Source: Octopus vulgaris | Lineage: Eukaryota | Direction of reading: 5' to 3' | Assembly: GCA_951406725.2 (NCBI GenBank) | Contig: OX597839.1 | Location: 6,076,001-6,140,000, forward strand | Length of the DNA: 64,000 bases | In this document: in pieces, positions 24,316 to 37,517 of the stretch | How the letters are laid out: each line of letters begins with the position of its first letter | Position numbering within the stretch: the stretch's first letter is position 1 | Made by a program: the position numbers and the translations under genes | Notes under the pieces: model-generated | The model's input: the letters and a program-made list of their open reading frames with translations, nothing else | Told to the model about the DNA's origin: nothing | Database searches by the model: none

Positions 24316-25710
24316 TTAAGTTTAAATATTAATCATAGACACACAGACAGCATTCCTTTTGAGGAAGGTTAGCAAATAAAGATTTCACAAAGAATGACTT
24401 CTTTATTTCTTGTGTTTATTGCTTACTCATAAACTTTGTTCAAGGATCAGTAAATTCACAGCGGTTTATCCTCATCATATTGTAGATAGTAAGTTGGCGC
24501 CAGCTCATCTCCTTTCTTTTGTACAAGTGAAATTATCTCCCGCACCTAAAGTTACCACCAAGGGTACCTCAACCTAGGCTTACGAACAGTCAAAACTGCT
24601 TCAAATAATAGCTTACTGTGTTAGAACATAGAAGGTCGTGTGTGGATACGCTATTTAAAATGTAATAATCCTTTCTAGCTATGCAATAAAGCAGCAATTA
24701 GGCCGAGTTGTTACAGCGCCAGATAGAATGAATGCCTTGTGATACGTGTTCCAGTTCTCTGCATTCAAGAGTTCAAATCTCGCCGAGGTTAGTTTACCTT
24801 TTTATCATTTCGAGTGCAAGATGGAGTACCTCGTTGCATCTACTTCGGTCCTGTATGCTCCCTCCCGCAGCATAGCAAGCAACAACACTAAGGCCAAGCT
24901 GTATCGGTCCTTTCTTCCGGACATCGTCAGTGGAGTGGCGAGACGAGGGAGATTTACCTTGGGCTTCCTCATAAAAATATCCTTACTCAAGCTTGTAGCG
25001 CGAAGAACTTCTCTGGTGTCGACCCATGGGACATATCTCGACCACCAGCTTAAGTAATGTTCGAGAGACTGACATAGTCAAAGCTGGATCACTGTCAACC
25101 AAATCTGCCCTTTTAGAGCCAACCCAAAGCTAAGGGATAACGCAAATAGAGCGAGAAGAGTGAGGCAGGGGTTTAATATCTAAGGTACTAAATTCGATCG
25201 CTTGTACGAAGATTGATTTACAACAGTAAACGCAAATATTTCACCTCACAACTTCTATGTAGAGTGAAATTTCTTTCTTAGATAACAGACATGAAACCTC
25301 GAGTTGCTGCTGTTATTAAGCTCCCAAGTCAGTAAAGATGATGCAGACCATGTGAACAAATGCTGCCCAGCTGAGATACATCTTGTGCTTTTTTATACAC
25401 TATCTAAAGTGTTCGTTCCTTGATTTTTCAAGGAGACACGGCAATTTGAACAAGATTTGTTTGTATCCATAGCAGTTCAAAAAATAAAAATAAAATTAAA
25501 TAAACGTGTAATGAATGGCTCTCTTGTTAGTGCGTGAAAACCACTGAAATCGATGTTTTACAATTCTTCCCCCGTTGTTTTAGTAATTTACAAGAATGAT
25601 TTTGTCATCCTAAAATACGAACTCGTAATAACTGAAAGAGGGGGGAAGAAAACCCAACCACACCATGAAAAAAGAAATACATTAAAAAAATCGAAAATGA
25701 AAGCAAATAA

Positions 25711-25870
25711 GGCGCAGGAGTGTCTGTGTGGTAAGTAGCTTGATAACCAACCACATGGTTCCGGGTTCAGTCCCACTGCGTGGCATCTTGGGCAAGTGTC
25801 TTCTGCTATAGCCCCGTGCCGACCAATGCCTTGTGAGTGGATTTGGTAGACGGAAACTGAAAGAAGCCTG

Positions 25871-25928
<58 letters not shown>

Positions 25929-26120
25929 TTGTCCCCCTAGCATTGCTTGACAACCGATGCTGGTGTGTTTACGTCCCCGTCACTTAGCGGTTCGGCAAAA
26001 GAGACCGATAGAATAAGTACTGGGCTTACAAAGAATAAGTCGATTTGCTCGACTAAAGGCGGTGCTCCAGCATGGTCGCAGTCAAAATGACTGAAACAAG
26101 TAAAAGAGAGTAATAGAGTA
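25711..26120 (+). mobile_element. SINE-A, near full length
   Basis: Colinear with 534-952. Confidence 0.85.
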
Positions 26121-26203
26121 AGAGGAAATAATAATAATAATAATAATAATGGATATATAAAAAAAAAGAGCACAGGAAAAGTCAAACCACAAGAAGGACA
26201 AGG

Positions 26204-26258
<55 letters not shown>

Positions 26259-26511
26259 CAAAGACAAGGGGTGATGAAAAGAGTAATGATAACGAGGAAG
26301 AGAGATAAAAAAATAGAAACACAAAAGGAAGTAGAGAGAGAGCAAAGAGAGGGAGTGTGTGCATATGTGGTTTATTTAGCGTAAAAGGAGCATATTTTTT
26401 GCCGGAGCAAGAAAATGTCAGAGAGACCAATGGCAAGAATATTTTGTTTCAGCTGCTGGGGTTAACATGTAGTCCTTTAACACAAGTTGACCTTTAACCT
26501 AACGCAACATC

Positions 26512-26574
<63 letters not shown>

Positions 26575-26935
26575 TGCATCACCCATGTCTCTACCGATCA
26601 CACACACGCACACACATACATATACATATCACAGAGATAGTTGAATACAAACACATACGCAACACGCAAAGTGGCCATCCCGTCATTCGGAGCAACTTAA
26701 CGAAAAAAAAAAAAACAAAAAGGAAAATGTACTGGTAGCTTATGTAATGAGTAGTTTGATGGTGTTGTTGTTGTTGTTGGTGTTATTGTTGGGGGTGGTG
26801 GTGGTGGTGGGGGTGGTGGTAGGTGGTTTTAAGCTGGTGGGGAGCGGTTACGTACGATTGGGAGTTCTCAGAAAGGCCGAAGTGGTTAACTGCTCGCACA
26901 CACACACACACACACACACGTGTGTATGTCTGTGG

Positions 26936-26975
<40 letters not shown>

Positions 26976-27068
26976 TGACATGCATATAACTAGGTTTGTT
27001 CACAATTATGTGAACCCATTTCCAAATATGTAGACAGAAGCACAAAGAGCTACACAGAAAGCCCAAAC

Positions 27069-27110
<42 letters not shown>

Positions 27111-27265
27111 ATGCATGAAAGCGCACACGACCTCTATGTGGGTATATATGTGTGTGTGTGTGTGTGATATAAAGAGATGGAGTCAATCACCGGAAAAAAA
27201 ACATGTTTGTGTCTCAAAATGTGTATGCATACATACTAGTTGAAAGACAAACATATGTGTGTATA

Positions 27266-27323
<58 letters not shown>

Positions 27324-27378
27324 AATACGTGATTATGAATACACATACGCCAAACGCAATGAAACAGGGGACGAGAGA

Positions 27379-27447
<69 letters not shown>

Positions 27448-27967
27448 CAAGACATTTTAATTGGCATCCAACTGAGAAACAGGCAAGAGAAATAGATGGT
27501 AATTGGGCGGAATCCCCTTCGATTTCTCTCTCCTCTCCCTCGCACAGTCTAACACGCCGTCCCTTTCTCTCCTCCCCCCTTTCTTATTCAACAGTTACAC
27601 ACTGCAACCACCACCACTACAACCACCAGAATCATCATCATCATCATCATCATCATCATAGCTGTCGTTGCCACATTATATACCAGAAGCTGCATTCCAT
27701 CCAGTAGGATGTCTCCCACTACACGCCACCATCACGAACACGAACTTACCATCACCACCAACACCAACGCCAACATTGTCTTCGTCATCGTCAACCCCCG
27801 ACGAACCTCTTCAGCGGATGGAGATCTCCGTTGTGTCTTTAAGATTTACGATTTTTATTGACCTTTGAAAACAGTGAGCTCGTGGTTATTAAGTTGATGA
27901 ACTAAAATATAAGACCCTGAAAATTCCTGCAGCATAAACATCGTTGTCGTATCAACATTATTTATTA

Positions 27968-28410
27968 GCATCATCATCGTCATTATCATCAACATCATTA
28001 TTAGCATCTTCATTGTTATTATTATTATCATCATCATCATCATCGTCCTCCTCATCATCATCATCGTCGTCTTCCTCCTCCTCATCATCATCGTCCTCCT
28101 CCTCCTCCTCATCATCATCATCGTCCTCATCATCATCATCCTCATCATCGTCCTCATCATCGTCATCATCATCGTCCTCATCATCATCATCACCATCATC
28201 ATCGTCCTCCTCATCATCATCATCATCGTCCTCATCATCGTCATCATCATCGTCCTCATCATCATCATCACCATCATCATCGTCCTCCTCCTCATCATCA
28301 TCATCATCATCCTCAACATCATCATCATCGTCATCGTCATCATCACCATCACCATCACCATCATCATCGTCCTCCTCCTCCTCCTCATCATCATCATCCT
28401 CATCATCGTA
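27968..28410. repeat. (CAT/CGT/CCT)n trinucleotide tract
   Basis: Seen directly. Confidence 0.95.
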
Positions 28411-28835
28411 AGCAACAACAACAACTGCAACACCAATGAGAAATACCGAACAGCAGAAAAAAAAAAGAGGCTGGCATTGGATGCTTCTCCCACCGAGTTT
28501 GGTGTCGAAGGCAGCCCCTTACTCACTCACCAATCTCGATTGAAACAATTCTAAGAGCCGATATGGGAATATAGAAATTATTGAAAATAAATAAATGGCC
28601 TTGAGTAAGAATCTGACATTTACTTGGAATATGACAGTAATTGGAACCACCAAAAAAAAAAAAAAAAAGAAAAATACAAGAACAACGAAATAATAACAGC
28701 AGCACCATTGTTATATGGTTATTCTTCTGCAATTATGTTTCACAACACGAGACAATGAGAGAGTCTGTCCTCCTCGTGGCTGCTAAATCTACTAGAAATA
28801 GTAATCACATTCCCTCAAATATATAGACTGCTGCC

Positions 28836-29110
28836 TTAACCTTTAGCTATTTAAACCGGACATTTAACCTTTTTAGGCATTTAAACCGGACATTTAACCT
28901 TTTTAGGCATTTAAACCGGACATTTAACCGTTTGGCATTTAAATCGGACATTTAACCGTTTGGCATTTAAACCGGTACAGATATTCTGTTTTGTGCTAAA
29001 ATTGACCGTATCCAACCTCTTATACCTAACCCACAATATCATTTCTACAAATAAATAACAACTTCAGAAAAATCTTGAAGCTTTGAGAGAGAATGCATGA
29101 TCAATCACTT
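28836..29110 (+). mobile_element. Probable TTAA-ended (piggyBac-like) MITE whose left end is amplified into a 28-30-bp minisatellite (28836-28975)
   Basis: TTAACC(T)TTTAG..ATTTAAACCGGACAT repeated about 5 times; a related single end lies at about 1667-1740. Confidence 0.5.
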
Positions 29111-29116
29111 CGAAAT

Positions 29117-29352
29117 AAGGCGAGCTGGCAGAAACGTTAGCACGCCGGGCGAAATGCTTAGCGGCATTTCGTCTGCCGCTATGTTCTGAGTTCAAATTCC
29201 GCCGAGGTCGACTTTGCCTTTCATCCTTTCGGGGTCGATAAATTAAGTACCAGTTACGCACTGGGGGCCGATCTAATCGACTTAACCCCTTTATCTGTCC
29301 TTGTTTGTCCCTTCCATGTTTATCCCCTTGTGGGTAATAAAGAAATAGGTAT
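29117..29352 (+). mobile_element. SINE-B, near full length
   Basis: Colinear with 55774-56006; ends aaagaaataggtat. Confidence 0.85.
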
Positions 29353-29752
29353 AATGAAAACTAGATGGAATGGTCACGGTTGAAGCACCATTTGATCAGA
29401 ATGAGCCGATTTATAGCTAAGCATCGGAAGCAGCAATTGAGCTGCATTTAAATTGCATGACACTGTAATATCAGTACAAAAACAGCGACCTAGCTGCAAC
29501 AAACTGCATTTCACTGCAACATTAGCAACACGACCACTATCATCTAGCTGCATTAAACAGCATTTCACTGCAATTCAAGCATCACGTCAGCTACCTAGCT
29601 GCACTAAGCTGTATCTGAGTGCAATATCCGCATCTGAAGATGCAACTTATCGACAATGTAATTTATTAAAGTGCACCAAGCGACACTGCAGTCAATATAC
29701 TTCGTCGGCAGGAAGCAAGACCAAGCGTCAGATGCAGAGCGTTATTTATTTC

Positions 29753-29936
29753 ATTTTAGCCATTTGACTGCGGCCATGCTGGAGCACCACCTTTTTTAGT
29801 CGAGCAAATCGACCCCCGGGACTTATTCTTTTTGTTAAGCTCAGTACTTATTCTATCGGTCTCTTTTTGCCGAACCGCTAAGTGACGGGGACGTAAACAC
29901 ACCAGCATCGGTTGTCAAGCAATGCTAGGGGGACAG

Positions 29937-29992
<56 letters not shown>

Positions 29993-30399
29993 AAGGCGGC
30001 AAGCTGGCAGAATCATTAGCACGCCGGGCGAAATGCGTTGCCGTATTTCGTCTGCCGTTACGTTCCGAGTTCAAATTCCGCCGAGGTCGACTTTGCCTTT
30101 CATCCTTCCGGGGTCGATAAATTAAGTACCAGTTACGCACTGGGGTCGATGTAATCGACTTAATCACTTTGTCTGTCCTTGTTTGTCCCCTCTATGTTTA
30201 GCCCCTTGTGGGTAGTAAAGAAATATATATATATATACATATATACGACAGGCTTCTTTCAGTTTCCGTCTACCAAATCCACTCACAAGGCATTGGTCGG
30301 CTCGGGCCTATAGCAGAAGACACTTGCCCAAGATGCCACGCAGTGGGACTGAACCCGGAACCATGTGGTTGGTTAGCAAGCTACTTACCACACAGCCAC
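29753..30399 (-). mobile_element. SINE-A split by a nested SINE-B
   Basis: 3' half at 29753-29950 and 5' half at 30246-30399. Confidence 0.85.
29993..30225 (+). mobile_element. SINE-B nested in the (TA)n of SINE-A
   Basis: Full head-to-tail copy with (TA)n on both sides. Confidence 0.88.
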
Positions 30400-31527
30400 G
30401 ATTAATTATATATGATTCCCAACGTTCCGCGTTCAAATCTCACTAAGCTTAACATTGTTTCTTTCTCATCCCTCTAAATGTAATCTTTTGTGTTCAGTCA
30501 CTGGACTACGGCCATGCTGGAACATCGTTTTAAAGGTTTTAATGAAACAAATCGAACACCCAGCACTTATTTTTTAAACCTGGTGTTTGTTTAATTTATC
30601 GGTTCTTTTGCCGAACAGTTAGATGTCGTGGACGTATACAAAACAACACCGGTTATCAAGCGGTGGGCTGGGGGAAGAAACACACGTACAAAATACACAC
30701 ACGACGGGCCTTGACGCTGTTTCTGCCCACCAAATGCAACCACAAAGCCCAGGGCTATAGTAGAAGGCAATTGTCTGAGGTACTACTCAGAGGAGTTGAA
30801 CTCGAAAACTCGTAGTTGCAAAGCGAGTTTCTTAACTAAAAGCCTAATGTCTAAAAGAATCACTTTTATATTCGAATATATTCGTACTAACGGCGAACTA
30901 AAGACGGCCTCGAAGTGGTCACTCGGCCCGCTAGAAATAACTGCCAAATCTCTTTCAAATCATACCGAGCTGTGTCAAACAGGAAAAAATTATATTGGGG
31001 TGCTATAATTTTTAAATATACAACAGACAGAAACTAAAAGGTGATGGCCACGGCTTGGATTCATTTTAGCATAACAGAGCAAGCAAGGTTAGTCACATAT
31101 GAACAAGTATCACACGCGCACACACAATTTATGCACATGCTTCAGACAAAGAAATTGTCGATGCTTTTAATAATATGAAAGTCGCCAGTACACATTTTCA
31201 TTTCCTTCAATTAGCGCAGTGGTAAGGATATTAATCCAGACGAACTGAAGACATCCTGTAGTCATGGTTAATCACGCTTAAATTAAAATTGTATTCGTAA
31301 TTCTAAAATGTATTGTAAATTACTCTCTTGGCCAAGTCAGTGCGGTGTATGCGAAAGATTTGAAATAAGGACACCTACGTTCTCTTCGCTCGACGGAGAC
31401 CTCCCAGTGGTAATGCACCCTTCCACGCAGCCCGACCCGAACACTAGAAATAGCAGCTGCTTTTCCCCTACCTTAACAACGAGCTCACGCATCTGACTCC
31501 CTCGTCTACCTCGATCGAAAGGCCCAA

Positions 31528-31652
31528 TGCTGCCCTGCCTGGCGCGCGTCACTGCTGCCCTGCCTGGCACGCGTCACTGCTGCCCTGCCTGGCGCGCGTC
31601 ACTGCTGCCCTGCCTGATGCGCGTCACTGCTGCCCTGCCTGGCGCGCGTCAC
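31528..31652. repeat. GC/CpG-rich minisatellite, 5 x 25 bp (TGCTGCCCTGCCTGGCGCGCGTCAC)
   Basis: Seen directly. Confidence 0.95.
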
Positions 31653-32246
31653 TCCTGTCCCTTCCTCTTCCGGTCAGCCCCCAAGTTCCCGTCAGCTCCC
31701 CAGCTGCTGACGTCATCCCACAGTCAATTTGACACTTCCCGTACAATCCTGTTTTCTTTTCTTTCTTTGCAAGGGTTGTATGTTAAAATTTCGAATGGAG
31801 AGAAAAGAGGGTGCCAGAAAATTATCGGAAGTCGCAAGCTACTACACATTTAGCTCAAAAGAGATGACGAGCGGTTACAGCAAGATCGACCACTGAGTAT
31901 GGTAGAAACATCTGGCCCAGATGTCGCAACAAAGCTCGTATTTAGATGCAGGACCCACGGGTGTAACCAGCATTGATAGGTGGCCCCAGATAGCTCCGAT
32001 GTCGCGGTGGAAGGTGCCGAATAACATACGGAGCTGTCTCACTCGCTGATGAATCATTGACACCTGCATTCCGAGACGAGGTACAGCTGCGCCTTCATCA
32101 CGCAAGAGTTTACCTTAAATATTTTAATTAGCTACCACGGCCAAAATTGATGATTAGGAAAACTGATTTTTTTAATGTTCACAATGAGTGTAATAGTTTT
32201 AATTAAACGTTACCGTCATAAATGAAAATAAAATAAAAATTGGATA

Positions 32247-32630
32247 GGCGCAGGAGTGGCTGTGTGGTAAGTAGCTTGCTTACCAACCACATGGTTCCGG
32301 GTTCAGTCCCACTGCGTGGCATCTTGGGCAAGTGTCTTCTGCTATATCCCCGGGCCGACCAATGCCTTGTGAGTGGATTTGGTAGACGGAAACTGTCGTA
32401 TATATGTATGTGTGTCTTTGTGTGTCTGTGTTTGTCCCCCTAGCATTGCTTGACAACCGATGCTGGTGTGTTTACGTCCCCATCACTTAGCGGTTCGGCA
32501 AAAAGAGACCGATAGAATAAGTACTGGGCTTACAAAAAGAATAAGTCCCGGAGTCGATTTGCTCGACTAAAAAAGGCGGTGCTCCAGCATGGCCGCAGTC
32601 AAATGACTGAAACAAGTAAAAAAGAGTAAG
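32247..32630 (+). mobile_element. SINE-A
   Basis: Colinear with 534-952. Confidence 0.85.
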
Positions 32631-33479
32631 TCCTGGTTATACAACGTTTTAGAAGAGAAAAAGGACATGATAGTCACAGATGGAGCGCTTCATATAATGG
32701 GTCAGACCTGAGGCTGGGCTTACAAAGAATAAGTCCCGGAGTCGATTTGCTCGACTAAAGGCGGTGCTCCAGCATGACTGCAGTCAAATAACTGAAAAAA
32801 TAAAAGAGTAAGAGTAAAGAAGTCCTGGTTTTACAACGTTTTATAAACAAAAAGGACATGATAGTCACAGATGGAGCGCTTCATATAATGGGTCAGACCT
32901 GAGGCTGGGCTTACAAAGAATAAGTCCCGGAGTCGATTTGCTCGACTAAAGGCGGTGCTCCAGCATGACTGCAGTCAAATGACTGAAAAAGTAAAAGAGT
33001 AAGAGTAAAGAAGTCCTGGTTTTACAACGTTTTATAAACAAAAAGGACATGATAGTCACAGATGGAGCGCTTCATATAATGGGTCAGACCTGAGGCTGGG
33101 CTTACAAAGAATAAGTCCCGGAGTCGATTTGCTCGACTAAAGGCGGTGCTCCAGCATGACTGCAGTCAAATGACTGAAAAAGTAAAAGAGTAAGAGTAAA
33201 GAAGTCCTGGTTTTACAACGTTTTATAAACAAAAAGGACATGATAGTCACAGATGGAGCGCTTCATATAATGGGTCAGACCTGAGGCTGGGCTTACAAAG
33301 AATAAGTCCCGGAGTCGATTTGCTCGACTAAAGGCGGTGCTCCAGCATGACTGCAGTCAAATGACTGAAAAAGTAAAAGAGTAAGAGTAAAGAAGTCCTG
33401 GTTTTACAACGTTTTATAAACAAAAAGGACATGATAGTCACAGATGGAGCGCTTCATATAATGGGTCAGACCTGAGGCT
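32526..33479. repeat. Tandem array of 5 x ~191 bp, each unit being the SINE-A 3' end plus downstream flank
   Basis: Units start GGGCTTACAAA at 32526, 32716, 32907, 33098 and 33289. Confidence 0.93.
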
Positions 33480-33762
33480 AAACAGCAAAGACAACAACAA
33501 AAGCAATAATATATGACAATCACCTAAGTTTTGTGTAAGACGGCGAATAACTTTTTGATCAGATATCCGGTTTAAGCGAACATTATGGCGTATCTAGAAA
33601 GACCAAAATAACTGCGGTTGCAGAAAACCGCATTAAACTAATCATGAACGATAAGACACAGTTCAGCAAAAACATTTCATTGAAGAATAAACAAACAGAA
33701 TCCAGCTTCTCATTTATTTACTAACTAATTTTGTTAAAACCACGATAACAAAGCGGAGGAAG

Positions 33763-33873
33763 AAATAATAATAATAATAATAACAATAATAATAATAATA
33801 ATGATGATGATAATAGTAATAATAATAATAAAAATAATAATAATGATGATAATAATAATAATAATAATAATAA

Positions 33874-33904
<31 letters not shown>

Positions 33905-34125
33905 AAGAAGAAGAAGAAGAAGAAGAAGAAGAAGAAGAAGACGAAGGAGAAGAAGAAAAATAATAATAAGAAGAAGACGAAGAAGAAGACGAAGAAGACG
34001 AAGAAGAAGACGAAGAAGAAGAAAAATAATAATGATAATAATAATAATGATAATAATAATAATAATGATAATAATAATAATGATAATAATAATGATGATA
34101 ATAATAATAATAATAATAATAATAA
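33763..34125. repeat. (AAT)n-(AAG)n-(AAT)n microsatellite
   Basis: Seen directly. Confidence 0.95.
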
Positions 34126-34493
34126 ACGAATAACAGAAAGACACCATTGCGAGTTTAAAGATCAAATGTTGCAACAACGGAGTTGAGAGGAAGACAGCAG
34201 GGATACAAGAACGATGGTGGAGGTGGTGGTGGGGATAGTGAAGTGGTGGTGGTGGTCGTGGTTGGGGAACGAACTAATGTAGAATCGATAGAATTTTATA
34301 AATTGAGTTTTTATTTTTGTTGTTGTTTTTTTATTATCATGGGTGAAAAGTCACAGATTTCTTAAAGAGAAAGGAAATGAGAATGTACGACTCACCTGTC
34401 TTTTTAAGAGCATTAGTGGTTGCGAGTTTAAATGAAACAGAACTTTAGAATCGAAAAGTTCAAACGAACTCGGTCTTGTCTGAATCACTCGAA

Positions 34494-35226
34494 TCTTATT
34501 TCCTCTGTCACGTTCAATAAAAACGCCATTTTCTTTATTCTGTTTTTGCGCTATTGGAAACGCCGTTCAACAAGGCTGGTCTTCTACATAAGCAGGTCTC
34601 AGCCTGGGGCTCACGGCTCCCTTAGACGCCGTGGTGATCTCATTCTTGCTCACAACATCATAAGCGGAAAGTGTAATCTCTCGAAAGAGCTGTTCTTCAC
34701 TCCTGCTCCAGAGCGTCGGCTGCGGGGTCACTCCGAAAAGCTCTTATTTCCTCTGTCACGTTCAATAAAAACGCCATTTTCTTTATTCTGTTTTTGCGCT
34801 ATTGGAAACGCCGTTCAACAAGGCTGGTCTTCTACATAAGCAGGTCTCAGTGGGCTCACGGCTCCTTGACGCCGTGGTGATCTCATTCTTGCTCACAACA
34901 CCAAGCGGAAAGTATAACTCTCGAAAGAGCTTTCTTCATCCTGCTCCAGAGCGTCGGCTGCGGGTCACTCAAAGCTCTTATTTCCTCTGTCACGTTCAAT
35001 AAAAACGCCATTTTCTTTATTCTGTTTTTGCGCTATTGGAAACGCCGTTCAACAAGGCTGGTCTTCTACATAAGCAGGTCTCAGCCTGGGGCTCACGGCT
35101 CCCTTCGACGCCGTGGTGATCTCATTCTCGCTCACAACATCATAAGCGGAAAGTGTAACCTCTCGAAAGAGCTGTTCTTCACTCCTGCTCCGGAGCGTCG
35201 GCTGCGGGGTCACTCCGAAAAGCTCT
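34494..35226. repeat. Tandem triplication (~248/234 bp) of flank plus the 5' part of a CR1 fragment
   Basis: TCTTATTTCCTCTGTCACG recurs at 34494, 34742 and 34976. Confidence 0.9.
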
Positions 35227-35462
35227 ATCTGCGACGATTTCACCTCAATCGAAGGAGAGGGGGTTTCTCCGTCCGGGTTGCGGATCCGTGGAATAAGCTG
35301 CCGGACGAGATAGTGAAGATGCCGACGACCGATCGGTTCAAAGTCTCTCTTGACCAGAAATGGCCTGAACTCTTTGCATGACCACCCACCCTGTACATAA
35401 CTCCATGTCCCCCTACATGGCCTTGCTTTTTGCTTTTTGAGCCAAAAAATTAACTTAACTTA
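35103..35462 (+). mobile_element. CR1-clade LINE 3' fragment (ORF2 C-terminus to 35381, 3' UTR, (TAACT)n tail)
   Basis: RRRGDLI..FF..LRGHSEKL..FSVRVADPWNKLP..FKVSLD fits the CR1 ORF2 C-terminal motif. Confidence 0.88.
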
Positions 35463-36472
35463 TATGCGTAGAACTGGGGGGTGGGGTGGCGCGAGCTGAG
35501 TCCGAAGTATCTTTTATAGATTTTTTCACGTGTTTTCGTCATTGGAACCGCGGTCATGCTGGAGCACAGCTATGAAGAGTTCTAGTCGAACAAATCAACT
35601 ACAAAAATGGTCCCTTACGGCCTAGTACTTATTTTATCAGCCGTTCAACAAGGCTGGTCTTCTACATAAGCAGGTCTCAGCCTGGGGCTCACGGCTCCCT
35701 TAAATTTCATAAGCGTAGAATTGGGGGACGAGGGGGTCGCGAGGTGAGCCCAAAATATCTTTTATAGATTTTTTCACATGTTTTCGTCATTGGAACCGCG
35801 GTCATGCTAGAGCACAGCTATGAAGAGTTCCAGTGGAACAAATATCAACTACAAAAATGGTCCCTTACGGCCTAGTGCTTATTTCATCGGGCTCATCTCA
35901 ACAGGGACGTAAACAAACCGAGAGCGGTTGCCAAGCGAAGGTAGGGGAGAAACACGAACGCAAAGACACAAAAAACATACATGCATGTGTGTGTATGAAG
36001 GCCGAGACCACACAAGTGCGAAACAAACTTCTTTTCACAGTCACAGCTCTGCATCAAGCAGCCAAACTATGAACGAGTCAGCTGTTGCAATACACACACA
36101 TACACACACACACGTGTATATATGTGTATATGCACACATATATATATATATTCTCTACGGTGGGGGAGATGAGTGTTTTATGAAATTCCGACATTTTTTT
36201 TCCTATGATTCTTCCCCTAAAGCGCTAACCACGAATTCAACCACACGCAGAACTGAAACAACGAAAGCAAAGAATCGAGCCCCTAGGAGGAAACAACATG
36301 AGAGAGAGAGGGGGGGGAGAGAGGGAGAGACGGTGAGAAAGGAAGTGGGTGAAAGAATTTGGTGTAACAATCGCAAGAATGGTTCCTATGAGTTGAAAAA
36401 CTGTATATTTATAAATTGTGGTGACTTCATACAGGAAAATGCATAAATACATGCACAGTGACACACGAACGA

Positions 36473-36527
<55 letters not shown>

Positions 36528-36539
36528 CACACACATATA

Positions 36540-36587
<48 letters not shown>

Positions 36588-36739
36588 CACACACATACAA
36601 TTATATGGAAATAAGATATATGAGCACAAGACACTGGAAAAGAGGGAGAGAGTGTTCTCTATATGTTTATCCACGTCGATTCCCTCCAAGAATGAAAAAA
36701 AAAAGCACATTTTTGCATAAATAACAAAACCACGACCAT

Positions 36740-36774
<35 letters not shown>

Positions 36775-37224
36775 TTAAATAATAATTAAAATTGACAAGC
36801 GGTTCGCTTATAACAAAATTCTTAGTGGCGCAAGAATTGAAGGGCTCGTTCCTTCCATTCCACCCCACCCCCGCTAACGTCCTACCCCACCCCCGCTAAC
36901 GGCCTACCCCACCCCACCCCCGCATCTCATTCTGTCCCAACCATCACTATCACTAGTACTTTCTTTCTCCCACTCCCTCTGTCTCTCTCTCTCACACACA
37001 CTCTCCTCTCTTTTCTCTCTTGTCGTTTTGTTGACCCACCCGCTCCACTTAGCTTTGCCCACCACCACCACCGCGAGGCACACACACACACACACACACA
37101 CTGTGTTTCCGATGATGACGCATAGCTGTGAGACGCAAGATGACAGATTCATGAGACGAAATTGTCAACCAGTTGAGACAGAAACAAACAAGGAATAAGA
37201 CGACCCCCCCCCCCGTCCCACCCC

Positions 37225-37345
37225 AATAATAATAATAATGATAATGATAATAATGATAATAATAATGATAATAATAATAATAATGATAATATTAATAAAA
37301 ATAATAATAATAAAAATAATAATAAAAATAATAATAATAATGATA

Positions 37346-37386
<41 letters not shown>

Positions 37387-37459
37387 AATGATAATAATGA
37401 TAATAATAATAATGATAATAATGATGATAATAATAATAATAATAATGATAATAATAATG

Positions 37460-37505
<46 letters not shown>

Positions 37506-37517
37506 TAATAATAATAA
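37225..37517. repeat. (AAT/GAT)n microsatellite
   Basis: Seen directly. Confidence 0.95.

Noticed and set aside
27855-28526. Poly-Ser and Met/Arg-rich ORFs
   Set aside because: (CAT)n microsatellite.
34432-35381. Three overlapping similar ORFs as a gene family
   Set aside because: Tandemly repeated CR1 fragment.
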